In this document: one piece after another, positions 10,816-20,064 of the stretch | How the letters are laid out: the number at the start of each line of letters is the position of its first letter | Numbering within the stretch: the first letter of the stretch is position 1 | Origin: Alphaproteobacteria bacterium | GTDB lineage: Bacteria > Pseudomonadota > Alphaproteobacteria > UBA9219 | DNA: 64,000 nt | Reading direction: 5' to 3' | Assembly (NCBI GenBank): GCA_013289265.1 | Contig: JABDAH010000005.1 | Location: 6,392 to 70,391 of the forward strand | The notes under the pieces: generated by a model | Told to the model about the DNA's origin: nothing | What the model saw: the letters and a program-made list of their open reading frames with translations, nothing else | Database searches by the model: none | Made by a program: the position numbers and the translations under genes

Positions 10816-11500
10816 GGGTCTTCAGCGGCTGAACGCCATCCGGAAGAATTTTCTGCCCGGTCTTGGCCCAATCAGTCACGAACTGCGCCAAACCTTTATC
10901 CGTCAAAGGATGCGTGAACAACTGACGAATAACATTGGGTGGAATGGTCGCAACATGAGCGCCCAACTGCGCCGCTTCGACGACATGCATAGGGCTACGA
11001 ACCGAGGCCACAAGAACCTCAGTCTTAAAGTTCGGATAGGCGCGGTAGATTTCACAGATATCGGCGATCAGCTGCATACCGCTTTCACCAATATCATCCA
11101 GACGACCAACAAAGGGTGATACGAATGTCGCACCTGCTTTGGCTGCCAGAATAGCCTGTGCTGCCGAGAAGCATAGCGTCACATTCACTTGCGTTCCCTG
11201 ATCAGATAGAACCTTACAAACTTTCAGGCCTGCGGGGGTCAGCGGCACTTTAACGGCAATATTCTTCGCAATCTTCGACAAATAAAGCCCTTCAGCCATC
11301 ATTGTATCGAAATCGGTAGCAGCAACTTCAGCACTGACCGGGCCGCTGACAATCGCGCAAATATCCTTGATCAGGTCGATAAAGTTGCTGTGGCCAGATT
11401 TTGCGACCAGCGATGGGTTCGTGGTTACCCCGTCCAACAGGCCGGTAGCGGCCAGATCTTTAATCTCGTTCAAATCGGCAGTATCGACAAAGAATTTCAC
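10808..11500 (-). CDS. fsa: fructose-6-phosphate aldolase / small transaldolase
   Basis: [24 protein letters not shown]; GTG start with AGGAG RBS. Confidence 0.93.
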   Translation of the reverse strand: MKFFVDTADLNEIKDLAATGLLDGVTTNPSLVAKSGHSNFIDLIKDICAIVSGPVSAEVAATDFDTMMAEGLYLSKIAKNIAVKVPLTPAGLKVCKVLSDQGTQVNVTLCFSAAQAILAAKAGATFVSPFVGRLDDIGESGMQLIADICEIYRAYPNFKTEVLVASVRSPMHVVEAAQLGAHVATIPPNVIRQLFTHPLTDKGLAQFVTDWAKTGQKILPDGVQPLKTRA

Positions 11501-11551
11501 TTGTATATCTCCTGTGTAGCGTGAATCGAGTTTTCCGGGCTACTCTAGCGC

Positions 11552-13618
11552 ATGACTTCAGGTCCCGCTACCCCTCCGCCCATCGTTCCGCCCACAGTGC
11601 GCGTGTTATTGCCTCTGCCATTGGCGGATGCGTATGACTACCTGCCTATACCGGGTAACACTTTGGAATCCGGGACAATTGTCAGCGTGCCGTTTGGCCC
11701 CAGGCAAATGATTGGCGTGGTATGGGGTGTTGGATCGGGGGGTGTGCCCACAGCCAAGCTTAAATCCATCACCGCGCCTGTCGATTTGCCAGCCTTACCC
11801 GATGCCAGCCGCGCCTTTGTTGATTGGGTGGCTAATTATACAGTTACACCGCCCGGTGCTGTCCTCAAAATGACATTTGGCAGCATGAAGTTGTTGAAGC
11901 CCAAGAAGAATGACGTTTTTTCTTTACCGCAGCCAAAGCCTGATTTTCACCAACCTAAACTGAGTGAAGACCAGAGAAAAGCGGCAGACATTTTAATCGA
12001 AAAATGTGGTGGTCAGAGGTCGGTGGTCAGAGAAAAAAACAGTGCTTCTCTGACCACGGACCACCGACCACTTACTTTCTCTGTCACCCTGCTCGACGGC
12101 GTAACAGGCTCGGGTAAAACTGAGGTTTTCTGCGAGGCGATTGCCGAATGCCTGCGCCAGGGCAAACAGGCTTTAGTCCTACTGCCTGAAATCGCGATGA
12201 CGGCGGCGCTGATTGACCGCTTTGCTGCGCGTTTTGGCGTGCAGCCGACGCAGTGGCATTCTGAACTTGGTGAAAAGCAGCGGCGCATCAATTGGCATGC
12301 CATTATGCGCGGCGAGGCCAAGTTTATTGTTGGTGCACGTTCGGCCTTGTTTTTGGCCTATCCCGACCTCGGCCTGATTGTTGTCGATGAAGAGCATGAG
12401 GCGGCTTATAAACAGGAAGAAGGCGTGATCTATCACGGCCGCGATATGGCCGTGGTGCGCGCGCATCTGGGCCAAATTCCTGTTATCCTGTCCAGCGCGA
12501 CACCGTCGCTGGAAACCATGTTTAATGTTCAGCACAAAAAATACGACCATGTTGTGCTGCATGAGCGCTTTGGTAAAGCCTCGATGCCGAAGATTGAGTT
12601 GGTCGATCTACGCAAATACAAAATGACGGCGCAGAACTTCATCAGCCCGCCTCTGTTTGAAGCTTTACAAAAAACAATTGCTGACAAGCAGCAGGCTATG
12701 CTGTTTCTCAATCGCCGCGGTTATGCGCCGCTGACTTTATGCCGCGCCTGCGGTCACCGGCTGCAATGCCCCAATTGCACCAGCTGGATGATCGAGCATA
12801 AAAGCTCGCACCGGCTGCAATGCCATCATTGCGATTATTCGATGAAGCTGCCCGATAAATGCCCGACTTGTAGCGCCGAAGGCCGCTTTGCCGCCTGTGG
12901 TCCTGGTGTGGAACGTGTCGCGGAAGAAATTAAAACCCGCCTGCCTAATGCGCGTTTTGCGATTATGGCGAGCGATACGCTGGATGGTCCCAAGGCGGCG
13001 CAGGATCTGGTCAACCAGATGGCTAATCAGGAACTCGACCTTCTGATCGGCACGCAGATTATGGCCAAAGGCTATCACTTCCCGCGACTTACTTTAGTAG
13101 GTGTGGTGGATGCCGATCTCGGCCTTGCAGGCGGCGATCCCCGCGCGGCTGAGCGTACTTTTCAGTTGCTGCAACAGGTTGCAGGACGTAGCGGCCGAGC
13201 CGAAGACGCTGGGCGTGTTTTACTCCAAACAACAGCGCCGGATCACCCCGTTATGAAGGCTTTGCTGAAAGGTGACCGCGATGCCTTTATGGCTGCAGAA
13301 CTGCACGAACGCGAAGCCTATCACCTGCCCCCAGCATGGCGACTCGCCAGCATTACGGTGTCAGGCGCCGATGCTCGGCAGGTCATTGCGCTAGCGGATC
13401 AACTAGCTGCCGCAGCCCCGCAGGATCAAAAACTACGCGTTTTGGGCCCAGCCCCTGCCCCTTTTGCTATGCTGCGTGGGCGCTATCGCCACCGGCTTTT
13501 GATACAGGCACCACGGAATATCAACCTGTCGCTATGCGTGCGGCAATGGCTGGCATTAGTCAAAACGCCAAGAAATTTGCGCATTTTGGTTGATATCGAC
13601 CCGTATAGTTTTCTTTAA
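11552..13618 (+). CDS. priA: primosomal protein N'
   Basis: GVTGSGKT, DEEH, LNRRGY, four CxxC pairs, QVAGRSGR. Confidence 0.97.
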   Translation: MTSGPATPPPIVPPTVRVLLPLPLADAYDYLPIPGNTLESGTIVSVPFGPRQMIGVVWGVGSGGVPTAKLKSITAPVDLPALPDASRAFVDWVANYTVTPPGAVLKMTFGSMKLLKPKKNDVFSLPQPKPDFHQPKLSEDQRKAADILIEKCGGQRSVVREKNSASLTTDHRPLTFSVTLLDGVTGSGKTEVFCEAIAECLRQGKQALVLLPEIAMTAALIDRFAARFGVQPTQWHSELGEKQRRINWHAIMRGEAKFIVGARSALFLAYPDLGLIVVDEEHEAAYKQEEGVIYHGRDMAVVRAHLGQIPVILSSATPSLETMFNVQHKKYDHVVLHERFGKASMPKIELVDLRKYKMTAQNFISPPLFEALQKTIADKQQAMLFLNRRGYAPLTLCRACGHRLQCPNCTSWMIEHKSSHRLQCHHCDYSMKLPDKCPTCSAEGRFAACGPGVERVAEEIKTRLPNARFAIMASDTLDGPKAAQDLVNQMANQELDLLIGTQIMAKGYHFPRLTLVGVVDADLGLAGGDPRAAERTFQLLQQVAGRSGRAEDAGRVLLQTTAPDHPVMKALLKGDRDAFMAAELHEREAYHLPPAWRLASITVSGADARQVIALADQLAAAAPQDQKLRVLGPAPAPFAMLRGRYRHRLLIQAPRNINLSLCVRQWLALVKTPRNLRILVDIDPYSFL
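12009..12071. repeat. inverted heptamer-repeat hairpin inserted in frame in priA
   Basis: Arms 12009-12034 and 12046-12071 match at 23/26 positions; built from GWGGTCR units. Confidence 0.8.
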
Positions 13619-13855
13619 CCATAAAATTTTGGCCCTTCACACGCAAAGGTTGTGGGAAATTTCCTATGGTTAAAAATTCTTGTTATCCAATAAAGGCTAG
13701 TACTTACCCCTGACGTGTAGGTTGAATTACTTTCATGATTTTTCAGGGAAATTTCTGCTGATTTGTTTTTTTGCTTTCATGTTTTGCGGTTAAGGTGGCT
13801 TTAGGAAATTGAGATTAAACAAAAAGAAATTGAACGAGAAAAAAGGAATCGAGTC

Positions 13856-14065
13856 GTGTTGGTAGAACTTTCACCTGTAGCATATCTGGCGCTTTGTGGT
13901 TTGGTGCGTGACGCATTGATCAACCCCAATGATGCTACCCCGTTGCTGAACCGCGTTGCCAATGAACTGGCGAGCGCGACCGCAGGTGGCATGATCCCGT
14001 CGGAACTGGTGGAACAGCCTGATCGTCTCGAAGCTCTTCGCCGCGCCGGTTTTGTCGGGAATTAA
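13856..14065 (+). CDS. small hypothetical protein (possibly the 3' remnant of a longer gene)
   Basis: 69-aa ORF with genome-like codon usage; TAATG overlap with next ORF. Confidence 0.45.
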   Translation: MLVELSPVAYLALCGLVRDALINPNDATPLLNRVANELASATAGGMIPSELVEQPDRLEALRRAGFVGN

Positions 14066-14280
14066 TGCGCGTCAGTACATCAAGCAAAAATTTTCAAACT
14101 ATATACGGAATTCTGAACTCTATTGTTCTGACGCTTGCTGCTCTTTGCCTAATGGCTGGTATTACCAGTAAATACCATTGGTTAGTATTGGGCATGAAAG
14201 CGCTTATCTTTTTTGGCATAATTAGTTTGTTCGTAAAAGGTAGCGAATACCTCATAACGCGCAAAAATCGTAAAATATAA
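14065..14280 (+). CDS. small two-TM membrane protein
   Basis: Two hydrophobic stretches, basic C-terminus, AT-rich. Confidence 0.5.
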   Translation: MRVSTSSKNFQTIYGILNSIVLTLAALCLMAGITSKYHWLVLGMKALIFFGIISLFVKGSEYLITRKNRKI

Positions 14281-14283
14281 TTC

Positions 14284-15138
14284 CTAAGCCTCGAAATGCC
14301 GGAACGGGAAATACCGTGCCCGGACACTGCCATGGCGCCCCAACAGCCCTGAGCCCATATAAATCGCGCCAATAAACAGAACAATCGCTGGGCCTGACGG
14401 CACTTTATAGGTTTCGGCTAATATGATGCCGGCGACAGACGATATAATCGCGATCAAAACCGAAATTGAAATGAGGCCTGACAACTTGCGGCTCCAGAAC
14501 TGCGCCGCGACTGCAGGTATCAGCAACAAGCCCGATGCCATAAGTGTGCCGAGCGTTCGATAGCCCTCAACCATATTCAGCACGACGAGTAGCATAAAGA
14601 TAACGTGATAGAGGCCACCCTTGCCACGAACTGCCCGCATAAAATGCGGATCGAATGATTCCACAACCAAAGGTCGGTAGATCACTGCCAACGCCAGCAA
14701 CGTAAAAGAGGTCACGCCCGCCATGTAAACCAGCATCTGGTTGTCGACAGATTGCGCATCTCCAAAGAGAATGTCTTCCAGATCCTGTGCCGTACCGTGT
14801 AGCGATAACATCAGAATGCCAGCTGCGACGGCAAGCAAATAGAAAGTTGCAAGGCTGGCATCTTCCCGAATGGCCGTAAACCGCGTGGCAAGACCAGCGA
14901 TGAGAGCAACAATCAGCCCAGCTATCAGACCACCAAGACTCATCGCAGGGATGGAAAGCCCCGCCAGAATAAATCCTGCCGCCGTTCCCGGTAAAATCGC
15001 ATGCGCTATGACATCGCCCATCAGGCTCATACGGCGCAGCACCAGCATCACGCCAAGCGGCGCACCGCTGCAGGATACTAAAACAGCACTAACTAAGGCG
15101 CGCTTCAAGGCTGGGTCAGTGAGGAAAGGGCAGAGCAT
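14284..15138 (-). CDS. Zn/Mn ABC transporter permease (AztB/ZnuB-like)
   Basis: LRRMSLMGDVIAHAILPG, DILFGD, ESFDP, multiple TM segments. Confidence 0.92.
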   Translation of the reverse strand: MLCPFLTDPALKRALVSAVLVSCSGAPLGVMLVLRRMSLMGDVIAHAILPGTAAGFILAGLSIPAMSLGGLIAGLIVALIAGLATRFTAIREDASLATFYLLAVAAGILMLSLHGTAQDLEDILFGDAQSVDNQMLVYMAGVTSFTLLALAVIYRPLVVESFDPHFMRAVRGKGGLYHVIFMLLVVLNMVEGYRTLGTLMASGLLLIPAVAAQFWSRKLSGLISISVLIAIISSVAGIILAETYKVPSGPAIVLFIGAIYMGSGLLGRHGSVRARYFPFRHFEA

Positions 15139-15872
15139 CAGGCGACCTTCTTACATTCAGCAGCATGTTCAACCCAGTTTCCGGCGAGTTGCGTTGCACG
15201 AGCCAGATTTTCATCACAAAGCACTTCTGCAGTTGAACCCCACCCTATCAATTCGCGCGCCAACATAAGCGACTGCGGGAAATGTTCACGCACCAAAGGC
15301 AGATCATGCATGACGGCGATAATGGTGCAGCCTTCTTCCTGCATATGTTGCAAAACATGCATCAAGTCATGCGTCGTGCGATTATCGATGGCGGCGAAAG
15401 GTTCATCCAACAATAATACACGCGCTTTTTGCACCAGTAACCGCGCAAACAGGACCCGCTGCCATTGCCCGGTTGAGAGAGCCTCGATTGGTCGTTCGGC
15501 AAATGCGCCCATGCCGGTTTTTTCTAATGCCTCCTGCGCTGCGCCGCGTTGTTCTGATGACACGGCAGAAAAAGCGCCGATCTTTGGCCAGAACCCAAGC
15601 AGGACAACATCCAACACACTGAGAGGAAAACTGCGGTCAACTTCACTCTGTTGCGGCAGATAGGCTATCTGTTGTGGGGTGATGCCACCAAAATCAATAT
15701 GGCCGGACATAGGTCGCAGAAAGCCGATCAGGGCTTTTAATAACGTACTCTTGCCACCGCCGTTCGGCCCCACGATTGCGGTCAGAGAACCTGCCGCAAA
15801 AACGCCACTAATGTGATGCACTGCGGGATGACGGTCATAACCGACAGAAAGGTTACTTAGCGTAATGGTCAT
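15138..15872 (-). CDS. Zn/Mn ABC transporter ATPase (AztA/ZnuC-like)
   Basis: GPNGGGKST, LSTGQWQR, LLLDEP, HD switch; start taken at ATG 15872. Confidence 0.92.
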   Translation of the reverse strand: MTITLSNLSVGYDRHPAVHHISGVFAAGSLTAIVGPNGGGKSTLLKALIGFLRPMSGHIDFGGITPQQIAYLPQQSEVDRSFPLSVLDVVLLGFWPKIGAFSAVSSEQRGAAQEALEKTGMGAFAERPIEALSTGQWQRVLFARLLVQKARVLLLDEPFAAIDNRTTHDLMHVLQHMQEEGCTIIAVMHDLPLVREHFPQSLMLARELIGWGSTAEVLCDENLARATQLAGNWVEHAAECKKVA

Positions 15873-15970
15873 TGCAGCGCCCATAGAGTCAGAATCAATA
15901 GGCATGCAACGATACCGGCCGCAAAAGATAATCGCGCCATTATGCCCATACCCATCAAACTTTGCCGCAT
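15869..15970 (-). CDS. 33-aa single-TM small protein (not in ORF track)
   Basis: MRQSLMGMGIMARLSFAAGIVACLLILTLWALQ; GAGAGGG upstream; ATGA overlap with the ABC ATPase start. Confidence 0.7.
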   Translation of the reverse strand: MRQSLMGMGIMARLSFAAGIVACLLILTLWALQ

Positions 15971-16042
15971 GCTACCCTCTCGCCATCACCCGCCCGAGCC
16001 GTTATAACAAACAGCATTATCTGACCCGGAACCTGTCTGATA

Positions 16043-16057
16043 GGATATAACATAACA
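16043..16057. promoter_or_regulatory. putative Zur box
   Basis: GGATAT-AAC-ATAACA matches TGTTAT-N3-ATAACA at 10/12 positions, upstream of the metal ABC genes. Confidence 0.6.
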
Positions 16058-16371
16058 TGCCGCCCGTACTACTGAATTTTGCTGACTGGTTTATGAGCCA
16101 ATTGACCCTGTGGGCCATGATCGGCCTTATCGGCCAAGGCATGTTTTTCATGCGTTTTTTCGTGCAATGGATTGCCAGCGAGCGCGAGAAAAAAAGCGTC
16201 GTGCCGGAAATGTTCTGGTATTTCAGCCTATGCGGTGGCCTGATTGTTCTGACTTATGCTATCCATAAAAAAGATCTGGTCTTTATCCTCGGCCAGCTCC
16301 CCGGTGTCTTTATCTATTTGCGCAACATCTACTTCATACGGAACCATCGCCGTGTCAACCAAGGCATCTAA
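16057..16371 (+). CDS. lipid A biosynthesis N-terminal domain (LAB_N) membrane protein
   Basis: IGLIGQGMFFMRFFVQWIASE...FWYFSL..G...YAI...DLVFILGQ...IYLRN. Confidence 0.88.
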   Translation: MPPVLLNFADWFMSQLTLWAMIGLIGQGMFFMRFFVQWIASEREKKSVVPEMFWYFSLCGGLIVLTYAIHKKDLVFILGQLPGVFIYLRNIYFIRNHRRVNQGI

Positions 16372-18058
16372 AATTCCTCTGCTATCGCCCGCCAGTTTTG
16401 CATCTCGTGATGGCAAGCGGTTGACACCGTCAGCCTATGTCTTTCTTATTTTACTCTGCATCGCCTTTTTTATTCCTGGCTTTGCCACGCTGCCGCCGAC
16501 CGACCGCGATGAGTCATCCTTTGCACAAGCCAGCAAGCAGATGATCGAGACCGGCAATTACGTCGATATTCGACTGAAGGACAAACCGCGCTACAAGAAA
16601 CCCATCGGCATCTACTGGTTGCAATCCGCAAGCGTTCAGCTTTTTAATTCGCAGCATTTGAACGAAATCTGGGCATATCGCATTCCGTCATTTGTGGGCG
16701 CAACTGTTGCTGTCGTTATGACCGCCGCTTTGGGCAGTCTTTTGTTCGGCCCGATGGCTGGATTGCTGGCGGCCATGATGATGGCGGGCTGCGCTGTTCT
16801 AAATGTCGAAGCTCGGTTGGCAAAAACAGACGCAGCCCTGCTCGGCAGCATTATGGTTATGCAATATGCATTGGCACGGGCCTATCTGAACAAAGATATG
16901 AAGTGGACGGTTGCAGCTGCTTTCTGGACTGCGCTTGCCGTAGGTATTCTGCTTAAAGGCCCCATCATACTACTTGTGCTATTTTCGACTTTGGCGTGGT
17001 TACGATTAAGTCATAAAAACATCAAATGGTTTAAGTCACTCATGCCACTGGTTGGCATTCCTTATCTGCTGATTTTAGTAATGCCGTGGTTCATTGCCAT
17101 TGCCCTGCAAAGCCAAGGCGCTTTTATCGAGCAATCTGCCGGACAAGATATGCTCGCGAAAATTTGGCACGGTCAAAATCGCGGCATTCTGTTGCCGGGA
17201 CTTCACCTGCTGGCTTTTCTGGCAGTATTTTTTCCTTTCTCTCTTTTTGCTCTGCTAGCCATTCCAGATACACTCAAGAATTATAAAAAACCGGCGGTGC
17301 AGTTCTGCCTCGGCTGGATTGTTCCAACATGGATCATCTTCGAACTGTCTTTGACGAAATTGCCGCATTACACAATGCCGCTTTACCCAGCTATCGCCCT
17401 GCTATCAGCCAAGGCGTTGTTGGACGGATATCCCGTTCTGGCCGAAAAAGACCGCCGCTGGTGGGTGGCACTTGTAATAGGTTTGTGGACTATGCTGGGC
17501 ACTGCGGGCACTTTAGGTTTTATCCTGTTGCCCTTACTGACCGAGCAAGTTTGGAATATTCCGCAAATTATTGCTGGCGCCATTCTTATTCTGACGCAAG
17601 GCGCGTGCCTGTTCCTGTTATTCCAACGCAAGACCAGCAGTGTTGTGGTTATGACGTTGGGTAGCCTGATTTTCATAACATGCACAATCGGCATTACGCT
17701 CCCCAATCTCGATCACTTATGGATTTCCCGTCAGGCCGTGCAAATGGCCGAAAAACTTAGCCCCTGCGACGATCTGCATATTGTCTCTGCGGCTTATAAT
17801 GAGCCCAGTCTGATCTTTTTGGCTGGCACTGATACGGTGATAACTGTGGACGGCGCAACGGCAGCGGATGAGTTAAAACAAAATCCCTGCGCGGTTGCAC
17901 TCATTGACGCTGAGCGAAAACCAACTTTCCTTAGCGCTTTCTCTATAGCCGAAGCACATCCCGTACCGATGGGTAAAATAGAAGGGTTGAATAGTGGCCA
18001 TGGCAAATCCAGTGAGCTGACGGTTTACTTATTGCCCCACAAACCTATGCAGCCATGA
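16352..18058 (+). CDS. ArnT/RgtA-D-like GT-C glycosyltransferase
   Basis: DRDE..FAQASKQM, KKPIGIYWLQ, EARLAKTD, KGP, TKLPHY; start uncertain (in-frame GTG 16352). Confidence 0.88.
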   Translation: MSTKASKIPLLSPASFASRDGKRLTPSAYVFLILLCIAFFIPGFATLPPTDRDESSFAQASKQMIETGNYVDIRLKDKPRYKKPIGIYWLQSASVQLFNSQHLNEIWAYRIPSFVGATVAVVMTAALGSLLFGPMAGLLAAMMMAGCAVLNVEARLAKTDAALLGSIMVMQYALARAYLNKDMKWTVAAAFWTALAVGILLKGPIILLVLFSTLAWLRLSHKNIKWFKSLMPLVGIPYLLILVMPWFIAIALQSQGAFIEQSAGQDMLAKIWHGQNRGILLPGLHLLAFLAVFFPFSLFALLAIPDTLKNYKKPAVQFCLGWIVPTWIIFELSLTKLPHYTMPLYPAIALLSAKALLDGYPVLAEKDRRWWVALVIGLWTMLGTAGTLGFILLPLLTEQVWNIPQIIAGAILILTQGACLFLLFQRKTSSVVVMTLGSLIFITCTIGITLPNLDHLWISRQAVQMAEKLSPCDDLHIVSAAYNEPSLIFLAGTDTVITVDGATAADELKQNPCAVALIDAERKPTFLSAFSIAEAHPVPMGKIEGLNSGHGKSSELTVYLLPHKPMQP

Positions 18059-18735
18059 CGCGCAACTATCCACTACTTCTGGTCTTGTGCTTTCTGACCC
18101 TTGAAATCGTTCTGATTAATTTTGTTGATCTGCCTTTGTCGGAATTTCTCCGAAATGTGGATCAGCAACATCCCGATTATATTGATATATTCCGCGCCTA
18201 TACTGATATTGGCAAATCCAAATATTATTTGATTATATCGGGAATAAGCATTCTGCTATGCGCCTGCGCGGTACGGATGCCTTCCATTCAAAAAGAACTG
18301 CGCATCAAAATGGGCCACGTCGGAAAGGTGCTCTCCTTCTTTTTCGCCTGCGTCGCCGTTTCCGGAATTGTTGCCGATATTATCAAACCGATTTTAGGAC
18401 GCGCGCGACCAGTGACCTTTGTACGGGAAGGTATTTATGGCTTTCACCCCTTCACTTTTCATGCTGCATGGAATTCGATGCCGTCAGGGCACGCGACCAC
18501 GGCTTTTACGATCGCCACTATCCTGACTTTCTTCCGGCCGAGACATCAGGTGCTGTGGTTTGTTGGTGCAGCAATTATTGCCGTCAGTCGCGTTATGGTT
18601 AATGCCCATTATCTGTCCGATATCTTTGCGGGCGCCGCCGTCGGTATTTTAACCGTGTTGTTGATACGGCGCCTTGTTAACCATAATGTGATAAATCACA
18701 TGTCATGTGTTATTTTTCCCATTGACTCGCGATAG
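18055..18735 (+). CDS. PAP2 phosphatase (LpxE/LpxF-like)
   Basis: K-x6-RP (KPILGRARP), PSGH, SRVMVNAHYLSD. Confidence 0.88.
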   Translation: MTRNYPLLLVLCFLTLEIVLINFVDLPLSEFLRNVDQQHPDYIDIFRAYTDIGKSKYYLIISGISILLCACAVRMPSIQKELRIKMGHVGKVLSFFFACVAVSGIVADIIKPILGRARPVTFVREGIYGFHPFTFHAAWNSMPSGHATTAFTIATILTFFRPRHQVLWFVGAAIIAVSRVMVNAHYLSDIFAGAAVGILTVLLIRRLVNHNVINHMSCVIFPIDSR

Positions 18736-18756
18736 CGCTCCAAACTACAAATAGGT

Positions 18757-19245
18757 ATGGTGAAATCTAAAACTCCTGCATTACCGCATTGGGTAAACAA
18801 TTTGCGTCGCATGATGGACGCGCAAGGTTTTAATCCGCGCAGTCTGTCATTGAAAGCAGGCCTTAACGCCACCGCTGTGCGTGACATGCTGGAAGGACGC
18901 TCGCGCTTCCCCCGTTACGATACGACCTTGGCGCTTGCTGAAGCACTTAACACAACACCAGCTCTGCTCATGAGCGACCCAAAAAACGCTGGCGAGGAAG
19001 AAACCAGCAACACTATGTCGGGTGGCGATCTGGAACTGCTGACAGAAATTATCGCCCGTCTTCAGGAAACGACAGAAGAACTCAATCGCAAATTGTCGCC
19101 GCGCGATTTTGCCGCCATGACTGCTGCCATTTACCGCCGTATTCAGGAAAGCGAGGAACGAAAAACATCGAGCGGCTTTGTTCGTTCGCAAGTACATGAT
19201 TTGCTGAATTACGAATTACTGAAGCAAAAACGCGCACGTCGCTGA
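18757..19245 (+). CDS. XRE-family HTH regulator (phage-repressor-like N-terminus)
   Basis: LRRMMDAQGFNPRSLSLKAGLNATAVRDMLEGRSRFPRYDTTLALAEAL. Confidence 0.8.
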   Translation: MVKSKTPALPHWVNNLRRMMDAQGFNPRSLSLKAGLNATAVRDMLEGRSRFPRYDTTLALAEALNTTPALLMSDPKNAGEEETSNTMSGGDLELLTEIIARLQETTEELNRKLSPRDFAAMTAAIYRRIQESEERKTSSGFVRSQVHDLLNYELLKQKRARR

Positions 19246-19395
19246 GCAAGGTTAATATTTCGCCCGTATTCTTAACCATAATCCAGCTACCCATTTTGGT
19301 TATTACCTTTTTTAGTTTCATGTTTTTGTGATACAACTAATGCATACAACGAATGATTTTTTGACAACTTTATATTGCAATTCATGGATTGCCCT

Positions 19396-19764
19396 ATGAA
19401 CGATCGCGGCGAAAAAATTATTAACCTTGCGCGTGAAATGTTGCGCTCCGACATGGTGTTTGAACAGCCAGCCCCACCGCCTAAAGTCACCATCTCATTT
19501 AAAATTCTATGTCTGGTTACCGTTCTGACCGCAGTGGCAAGTAGCGCCGTCACCGAATGGTCAGCCGAAAACCACCGCCCCCTCAATCACTATGAAAAAA
19601 CCGAGCTTAATGCGCTGATTTTTTATACCGCCCGGGTCAAAGGAATTGGTGAGGATATATTGCGCCGCGAAGTTATAGAAAAAACGGGCATTACTGATTT
19701 AGACGACATGACGGCCCATGAGTTTCTGATCGCCCGGCGCCTCTTGCAGGAGAAGGCGCAATAG
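19396..19764 (+). CDS. hypothetical single-TM protein
   Basis: Hydrophobic segment ILCLVTVLTAVASSAV then a helical domain; start at ATG 19396 or 19384. Confidence 0.6.
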   Translation: MNDRGEKIINLAREMLRSDMVFEQPAPPPKVTISFKILCLVTVLTAVASSAVTEWSAENHRPLNHYEKTELNALIFYTARVKGIGEDILRREVIEKTGITDLDDMTAHEFLIARRLLQEKAQ

Positions 19765-19815
19765 CTGCCCCGACCCCGTATAAAAAAGCCATAATATTTC
19801 TTCATAAAAAGTTGA

Positions 19816-19833
19816 TATGGGATTAATCCCATA
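19816..19833. promoter_or_regulatory. perfect 18-bp palindrome, putative operator
   Basis: TATGGGATTAATCCCATA overlapping a TTGATA -35-like hexamer upstream of a small ORF. Confidence 0.65.
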
Positions 19834-19869
19834 GTATGACCGTTTACTCAGTCTTGTTCGTGAGTGGTT

Positions 19870-20064
19870 ATGCTTTCCCAGACATCTGAACGTAATACCC
19901 GCAAAATCCGACAAATTCGGTTACATCACCGGCAACTACCGGTGACGATCGATGATCTGGCGAATATGCTGGAGATTGATCTGGAAGTATTTGGTGATCG
20001 CAACGGCTTCCGCCGCCGCCTGAAACGCGCGCTGGAAAACGCCTTTAAACAAGGGAGGGGTTAG
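19870..20064 (+). CDS. small basic hypothetical protein
   Basis: About 64 aa, genome-like codon usage, stop overlaps the argC stop. Confidence 0.55.
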   Translation: MLSQTSERNTRKIRQIRLHHRQLPVTIDDLANMLEIDLEVFGDRNGFRRRLKRALENAFKQGRG

